Below, piece after piece: positions 57,909 to 64,000 of a DNA stretch of 64,000 bases. This DNA is from Anaeromyxobacteraceae bacterium (lineage in GTDB: Bacteria > Myxococcota > Myxococcia > Myxococcales > Anaeromyxobacteraceae): assembly GCA_047602405.1 (NCBI GenBank), contig JASGHJ010000002.1:2912001-2976000 (forward strand). The letters run 5' to 3'. Made by a program: the position numbers and the translations under genes. How positions within the stretch are numbered: the stretch's first letter is position 1; each line of letters starts with the position of its first letter. The notes below the pieces were generated by a model. It ran no database searches and was not told where the DNA came from. It was given only the letters and a program-made list of their open reading frames with translations.

Positions 57909-58949
57909 ATGCCCATGCACCTCAACCCCCTCGGCGACACCGGCCTGCTGGTCTCGGAGCTGTGCCTCGGCACCATGACCTTCGGCGGGAAGGGCTTCTG
58001 GACCGCCATCGGCCAGCTCGACCAATCGGTCGCGGACCGCATCGTCGCCCGCGCCCTGGACTGCGGGATCAACTTCATCGACACCGCCGACGTCTACTCG
58101 GAGGGGCTCTCGGAGGAGATCACCGGCAAGGCACTGCGCGCGAGCGGGAGGAAGCGCTCCGACTACGTCCTCGCGACGAAGGCCCACGGCCAGGTCGGAC
58201 CGGGCCCGAACGACCGCGGCGCCTCGCGCGGGCACCTCATGGACGCCGTGAAGGAGAGCCTGCGCCGGCTCGGCACCGATCACGTCGACCTGTACCAGAT
58301 CCACGGCCTCGACCCGCTCACGCCCGTCGAGGAGACGGTGCGCGCGCTCGAGGACCTCGTGAAGCAGGGCCACGTCCGCTACGTGGGCGTCTCCAACTGG
58401 CCGGCCTGGCAGATCATGAAGGCGCTCGGCGTGGCCGACCGGCTCGGCTTCCAGCGCCTCGCGTCGCTGCAGGCCTACTACACGATCGCCGGCCGCGACC
58501 TCGAGCGCGAGCTCGTGCCGCTCCTGCGCGCCGAGAAGGTCGGGCTGATGGTGTGGAGCCCGCTCGCGGGCGGGCTGCTCTCCGGGAAGTACGGCCGGGA
58601 CGGCAAGGGCCCCGACGGCTCGCGCCGGGTCGCCTTCGACTTCCCGCCCGTGAACAAGGACCGCGCCTTCGCCTGCGTGGACGCCATGCGCCCCATGGCG
58701 GAGGCGAGGAAGGTCTCCGTCGCGCGCATCGCGCTCGCGTGGCTCCTCCACCGCCCGGCGGTGACCTCGGTGATCATCGGCGCGAAGAACGTCGAGCAGC
58801 TCGAGGACAACCTCGCCGCCGTCGAGGTGACGCTCACCCCGCAGGAGCTCGCGACGCTCGCCGAGGTGAGCGCGCTCCCGCCCGAGTATCCGGGCTGGAT
58901 GCTCGAGCGCCAGGGCGCGGGCCGCGTGCCGCCGTCGCGGGCGCGCTGA
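57909..58949 (+). CDS. Aldo/keto reductase
   Basis: LCLGTMTFG, IDTADVY, LATK, DLYQIH, WSPLAGGLL. Confidence 0.95.
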   Translation: MPMHLNPLGDTGLLVSELCLGTMTFGGKGFWTAIGQLDQSVADRIVARALDCGINFIDTADVYSEGLSEEITGKALRASGRKRSDYVLATKAHGQVGPGPNDRGASRGHLMDAVKESLRRLGTDHVDLYQIHGLDPLTPVEETVRALEDLVKQGHVRYVGVSNWPAWQIMKALGVADRLGFQRLASLQAYYTIAGRDLERELVPLLRAEKVGLMVWSPLAGGLLSGKYGRDGKGPDGSRRVAFDFPPVNKDRAFACVDAMRPMAEARKVSVARIALAWLLHRPAVTSVIIGAKNVEQLEDNLAAVEVTLTPQELATLAEVSALPPEYPGWMLERQGAGRVPPSRAR

Positions 58950-59137
58950 CGTGCCTCGCGCCGAGTTCACGCGTCGTCGCGACATCATATCGCAACGCCG
59001 AGGGTGAAACTCGGCTCCCCCCTCGACCCGATGCTCATGCGGTGCGTCCGTGCCGGTGGGAGGGTGTCGGACGTCTCCGGACGCGTCGAGCCCGCCCCCG
59101 TGCGCGCGGCCCGGAACCGCTCCGGGAGGGGGAAGAC

Positions 59138-62100
59138 ATGGTCGAGACGTCCTGCGCCGCGGTCCTGGACCGCGAGCGCTCGCTGGCGTGGCTCGTCGCC
59201 ACGGTGATGCTCGCGGCGCCGCTCGGTTGCACGGTGCCCCCTCCGCAGGGCGGCACGGCCGCGGCCGCTGCGCCCGCCTCCGCGGCGGGCCTCGTGGCGG
59301 GCTACGCGTTCACGGAGGCCGCGGGGACCACCACCGCCGACGCCTCGGGGAACGGCGTGACGGGCAGGCTCTCCGGCGCGACGTGGACGGCGGGCCACGC
59401 GGGCGGCGGCCTCTCGTTCGACGGCAGCACGTCGTACGTGGACCTCGGCAGCCCGGCCGCGCTGGCGCTCACGGGCAGCCTCACCGTCTCCGCCTGGGTG
59501 AACGAGGGCGCGAACGTCGGCGACGACGGCATCATCGTGGCGAAGTCGAGCGGTGCGGGCGGGTGGGAGCTGAAGTCGAGCCCCGACACCGGCCAGCGGA
59601 CGTTCGCCCTCGGGATCTACACGACCACGGGCGCCTACGTGGCGCGCTACTCGAACGCCGCGCGCGCGCTGGGCACCTGGTACCACGTCGCGGGCGTCTA
59701 CGACGCCACCGCCCGCACGTTGCACGTCTTCGTGAACGGCGCCCTCGCGGACGGCACGCTCGTGGGCACGGTGCCGTCGGCCATCGCCAACCCCGCCGTG
59801 AACGCGTTCGTGGGCAAGCGCCCCGCCGGCTTCCACCTCCGCGGCGTCGTCGACGACGTCCGCGTGTACGGCCGCGCGCTCACGCAGGCGGAGATCCAGG
59901 CGGACCTGGCCGCGGCGGTGGACGCGGGGACCGGTGACGTCACGCCGCCGACCGTGCCGACCGGCCTCACCGCGTCGCCCGCCTCCGCCACGCGCGTCGA
60001 CCTCGCCTGGAGCGCCTCCACCGACGACACCGGCGTGGCCGGCTACCGGGTCTACCGGGGCGGGGCCCTCGTGGGCTCCACCGCGGGGACGACCTACGCC
60101 GACGTGACGGTCGCGGGCGGCACCACGTACGCCTACGCCGTCGCGGCGTACGACCTCTCGGGCAACGCCTCCGCCACCTCCGCGGCGTGCCCGGTCACGA
60201 CGCCGGCCGCCCCGTTCGACTTCTCGCTCTCGGGCCCCGGCGGCCGCTCCGTCGGCCAGGGCGGCACCGTCTCCGGGACGGTCGCCGCGTCCCTCGCGTC
60301 CGGCGCGCCGCAGCCGGTGACCTTCACGGCCTCCGGCCTGCCCGCGGGCGCGAGCGCCACCTTCACGCCCGCCGCGTGCACGCCGCCGTGCAGCACCACG
60401 CTCTCGATCACCGCGGGCGCCTCCACCCCGACCGGCACCTCGACCGCCACCATCACGGGGGTCGCCGGGGGACTCCTGCGCACCTCCACGTTCGCGCTGA
60501 CCGTCACCGGCGCGGTGGACGACCAGGCGCCGGCCGGCACGGTCGTCGTGAACGGCGGCGCCCCGGCCACCCGGAGCACCGCGGTGACCTTGACCCTCGC
60601 CGCCTCCGACGCGCAGGGCGCGGTCGCGCAGATGAGGTTCTCGAACACCGGCACCTCGTGGTCGACGGCCCAGGCCTACGCGACCACGAAGGCGTGGACG
60701 CTCGCGTCGGGCTCCGGCACGAAGACCGTGTACGCACAGTTCAGCGACGCCGCGGGCAACTGGTCGCCCTCCGCGTCCGACACGATCGTGCTCGACACGA
60801 CCGCGCCGACGATCTCCGGAGTCTCGGCCACGGGCATCCTCGCCACCTCGGCCACCCTCGCGTGGACGACGAACGAGCCGGCCACCTCGCAGGTCGAGTA
60901 CGGTCCGACGACCTCGTACGGCCTCCTCACGCCGCTCGACCCCTCGCTCGTCGCGTCCCACCGCCTGGTGCTGACGGGCCTGAAGGCGAGCACCACCTGC
61001 TACTACCGGGTCCGCTCGATGGACGCGGCGGGCAACGAGAAGCTCTCTTCGCGGTCCTCGTTCAAGACCACCTCGGCGCCCGACACCGCGCCGCCCTCGG
61101 TCCCCTCCGGCCTCACGGCCACGGGCACGTCGGTCTCGCGCGTGAGCCTCGCGTGGACGGCGTCGACCGACAACGTGGCGGTGGCGGGCTACCGCGTCTA
61201 CCGGGACGGGACCCAGGTCGCGACCACCGCCGCGACCACGTTCGTCGACACGGCGCTCGCCCCCGCCACGACCCACGTCTACGGGGTCGCCGCCTACGAC
61301 GGCGCGGGTAACCTCTCCGCCGTCTCGGGGCCCGTGCCCGGCACCACGCTGCCCGACGGCACCGCCCCGTCCGTCCCCGCCTCCCTGCGCGCGATGGCGG
61401 TGACGGCCCACCGCGTGGACCTCGCCTGGGCCGCCTCGACGGACGACGTGGGGGTCGACGGCTACGAGGTCTCCCGCGACGGCACGCTCCTGGCGGTGGT
61501 GACGGGCCCTGCCTTCTCCGACGCGGACCTCCCGCCCCTCTCGACGCACGGGTACTCGGTCGCGGCGCGCGACGCCGCCGGGAACGTCTCCGCCCGCTCG
61601 GCCCCGCTCTCCGTCACGACGCTCGACGTGGTGACGGTCACGCCCGCCGAGGCCACCACCGCGACCGGCCAGCCGGTCGCGCTGGCGTGCACGGTGGACG
61701 ATCCGGTCGACGCGTCCTGCACGTGGACGGTCCTCGAGGGAGACGCCGGCGGCCGCGTGACCGCCACCGGCCCCGCGACCGGCCGCTACGCGCCGCCGTC
61801 GACGACCGGCACCTTCCACGTGGTCGCGACCTCCAGCGCCGAGCCGGACCGCTCGGCCACGGTCACGATCCGCGTCCTCGACGGCAACGTCTTCGCCGCG
61901 CCCATGCCGCTCGTCAGCCGCTTCCCGGGGGTGCAGGCGTACGCGAGCAACGACGCCGCCGGGACCCTCGGGGACTTCGGCGCGAACCGCGCCCGCGACG
62001 GCGTGTACGACGGCTGGGGCCACGCCTGGCGCCCCATCGACGCGGGCTACCCCCAGTGGCTCGCGTACGACCTCTCGTCGGTCCCCGCCGGGCAGCGCGG

Positions 62101-63028
62101 CACGGTCCTCGTCGCGTTCTACAACGAGACGTTCGGCTACGACGACGGACCGGCCTCGACGACCCCGCTCGCCTACAGCGTGCCGGCCGAGTACGTGCTC
62201 GAGGCCAACCCGGCCCCCGGAGGCACCGGCGTCGCCCCGTCCGACGGCTGGGAGCCGCTCGTCTCGGTCACCGGCAACCGCTGGCACTCGCGCACGCACG
62301 CCCTCGACCTCACGGGGTTCACCTGGCTGCGCTTCCGCGCCGTCTCGGGCATGTCCACGAACCAGCCCGGGAACCGCGACGTGGAGCTCAAGCTCGAGGT
62401 GTTCGACGCGCACCTCGGCAACACCGACTCCTGGCTCTTCGTGGGGGACTCGATCACCGCCACGGGCATGAGCCACCTCGAGCACGGCGGCCAGAACTTC
62501 TCGCAGCGCGTGAACGCCGCCGCGCCCGCGAACTACCCCCTCTACGAGAACGCCGGGCAGCCCTTCGACACCGCCCAGGTCGAGGGCCCGGCCCGGCTCG
62601 CCGTCGCGCTCGCGAACTCGCCTGCGAAGTACGTGGCGCTCGCCTACGGCACCAACGACGGCGGGGCGGGGCTCCCGGCCGACGACGCCTTCTACGTGGC
62701 GTACCGCGCGCTCGTCGAGACGGTCCTCGCCGCGGGGCGCATCCCGGTGGTCCCCACGATACCCTGGACGGCGGAGGAGCCCTGGCGGACCGCCATCGGC
62801 GACCCCGTCACCGGGCCGGAGCTCGGCCTGAACCGCCAGCTCGCGCGGCTCAAGGCCGACCTGCGCGCGGAGGGGAAGGTCGTGCTCGACGGCCCCGACC
62901 TCTGGCACCTCTTCGAGGCGAACCCGGCGCTCATGGGGACGCACGACGTCCACCCGACCGACGCCGGCTACGTCGAGATGCGGCACCTGTGGGCGGACAC
63001 CCTGCTCGGGGCCTGTTACGGTCGGTGA
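59138..63028 (+). CDS. Large secreted modular protein: LamG, multiple FN3/Ig domains, C-terminal SGNH/GDSL hydrolase
   Basis: WYHVAGVYD...DDVRVY (LamG); repeated LAW.ASTD..GV.GY (FN3); GDSIT, YGTND, DVHP (SGNH blocks). Confidence 0.85.
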   Translation: MVETSCAAVLDRERSLAWLVATVMLAAPLGCTVPPPQGGTAAAAAPASAAGLVAGYAFTEAAGTTTADASGNGVTGRLSGATWTAGHAGGGLSFDGSTSYVDLGSPAALALTGSLTVSAWVNEGANVGDDGIIVAKSSGAGGWELKSSPDTGQRTFALGIYTTTGAYVARYSNAARALGTWYHVAGVYDATARTLHVFVNGALADGTLVGTVPSAIANPAVNAFVGKRPAGFHLRGVVDDVRVYGRALTQAEIQADLAAAVDAGTGDVTPPTVPTGLTASPASATRVDLAWSASTDDTGVAGYRVYRGGALVGSTAGTTYADVTVAGGTTYAYAVAAYDLSGNASATSAACPVTTPAAPFDFSLSGPGGRSVGQGGTVSGTVAASLASGAPQPVTFTASGLPAGASATFTPAACTPPCSTTLSITAGASTPTGTSTATITGVAGGLLRTSTFALTVTGAVDDQAPAGTVVVNGGAPATRSTAVTLTLAASDAQGAVAQMRFSNTGTSWSTAQAYATTKAWTLASGSGTKTVYAQFSDAAGNWSPSASDTIVLDTTAPTISGVSATGILATSATLAWTTNEPATSQVEYGPTTSYGLLTPLDPSLVASHRLVLTGLKASTTCYYRVRSMDAAGNEKLSSRSSFKTTSAPDTAPPSVPSGLTATGTSVSRVSLAWTASTDNVAVAGYRVYRDGTQVATTAATTFVDTALAPATTHVYGVAAYDGAGNLSAVSGPVPGTTLPDGTAPSVPASLRAMAVTAHRVDLAWAASTDDVGVDGYEVSRDGTLLAVVTGPAFSDADLPPLSTHGYSVAARDAAGNVSARSAPLSVTTLDVVTVTPAEATTATGQPVALACTVDDPVDASCTWTVLEGDAGGRVTATGPATGRYAPPSTTGTFHVVATSSAEPDRSATVTIRVLDGNVFAAPMPLVSRFPGVQAYASNDAAGTLGDFGANRARDGVYDGWGHAWRPIDAGYPQWLAYDLSSVPAGQRGTVLVAFYNETFGYDDGPASTTPLAYSVPAEYVLEANPAPGGTGVAPSDGWEPLVSVTGNRWHSRTHALDLTGFTWLRFRAVSGMSTNQPGNRDVELKLEVFDAHLGNTDSWLFVGDSITATGMSHLEHGGQNFSQRVNAAAPANYPLYENAGQPFDTAQVEGPARLAVALANSPAKYVALAYGTNDGGAGLPADDAFYVAYRALVETVLAAGRIPVVPTIPWTAEEPWRTAIGDPVTGPELGLNRQLARLKADLRAEGKVVLDGPDLWHLFEANPALMGTHDVHPTDAGYVEMRHLWADTLLGACYGR

Positions 63029-63034
63029 ACAGGG

Positions 63035-64000
63035 TCACGGCACGCCCCACCGCGGCGCCATCGGCACCGCCCGGTAGACCGCGGTGGGCGCGCCGTCGAG
63101 GAGGAGCGTCCCCTCCCAGGCGATCGCGCCCGACGGCTCCACCCGGGAGACGATCCCGACCTCGGACATCCCGACCCAGGTCGAGCCGTCCGGCTGCCGG
63201 TAGGCGGAGCCGGTGAACTGGTTGAAGTGGCCGCCGGGGTGGCGGAACTCCCAGACCCGCCGCGCGGTGCGCGCGGGCACGTCGAGCGCGTACTCGACGG
63301 CGCGCGTCGTGGGCGGGTCGTGGTGGGTGCCGTTGTCGAACACGAGCAGCCGGCCCCCGGGGAGGAGCGTCGCGGTGTGCTGCCCGGAGAAGCCGCCGAG
63401 CGGGTCGTCGAGGAAGGTGAAGTCGCTCCGCGCGCCGCCGAGGCGCCAGCGGACCTCGCCGGTCTCCCGGTCCAGCAGCCAGACCGCGTCGAGGTTCCGG
63501 AAGGAGACGACGTAGTCGCCCGCCTCGTCGAGCGCGATCGAGTTCGCGTGGTCGACGTCGGTCCCCTCGACCATGTCCGGGAAGATCGGGTTCACGAGCT
63601 CGTCCACGCCCACGTGGTCCCAGCCGTTCCAGGTGAACTCCGGCGTGCGGTCCGGCCGGAGCCGCTGCACGGCGTGCATCGCCATCTCGGCGCGGCCGAG
63701 GCCGAGCGGCGCGAGGTCGACCTCGCGGTGGTCGTAGCCGATGACGTGGAGCCGCTCCGCGGGCGTGCCCGGGTCGGTGACGAGCGCCTCGTGCCCGTCG
63801 GTGAAGAGGGGGGCGGCGGCGCCGAAGCGCCGGACCTCCTCGCCGGCCGCGTCGACCTCGACGTAGCCGCCCTCGACCGCCTGCCAGCCGTTCGAGCGGC
63901 CGAGGTAGGCGATCACGTGCCCGTCCGCGAGCGGCTTCGCCTCGACCACCGGCGCGTCCCCCTCGAACTCGCGGTACCAGCGCAGGGTCCCGGCGCCGTC
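63035..64000 (-). CDS. Arylsulfotransferase (ASST)-family beta-propeller; 5' end outside the window
   Basis: DGHE, HANSI, VSFR, WRLGG, GQH, FDNG motifs. Confidence 0.82.
   Translation of the reverse strand, partial: DGAGTLRWYREFEGDAPVVEAKPLADGHVIAYLGRSNGWQAVEGGYVEVDAAGEEVRRFGAAAPLFTDGHEALVTDPGTPAERLHVIGYDHREVDLAPLGLGRAEMAMHAVQRLRPDRTPEFTWNGWDHVGVDELVNPIFPDMVEGTDVDHANSIALDEAGDYVVSFRNLDAVWLLDRETGEVRWRLGGARSDFTFLDDPLGGFSGQHTATLLPGGRLLVFDNGTHHDPPTTRAVEYALDVPARTARRVWEFRHPGGHFNQFTGSAYRQPDGSTWVGMSEVGIVSRVEPSGAIAWEGTLLLDGAPTAVYRAVPMAPRWGVP

Overview
A very GC-rich bacterial chromosomal segment, most likely a myxobacterium of the Anaeromyxobacter type (inferred from a MYXO-CTERM protein, an ElbD-like ether-lipid enzyme and the gene content). 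It holds about 55 genes: gltX and a GlnRS-YqeY fusion, tRNA-Glu(CTC) and tRNA-Gln(CTG), a complete but rearranged cbb3 oxidase operon behind an FNR-type box, a poly-HAMP chemoreceptor with a C-terminal hemerythrin, an elb-like ether-lipid operon containing a LarA-superfamily protein, a cytochrome-lipoprotein/DUF1800/DUF1501 operon, c-di-GMP proteins (PilZ, REC-EAL, MshEN), and several secreted enzymes. The most unusual locus is a large HNH nuclease gene (15628-17472). It is preceded by a C-rich tandem array, a structured dispersed repeat that recurs at 11482 with a different stem, and a motif with the spacing of a PafBC/RecA-NDp DNA-damage promoter. About 13 single-base indels break otherwise intact genes, including essential gltX, and are best read as sequencing or assembly errors; five sit on the A of GATC. 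No CRISPR array, rRNA, integrase or transposase was seen. All family assignments come from motif recognition by eye, with no database search.
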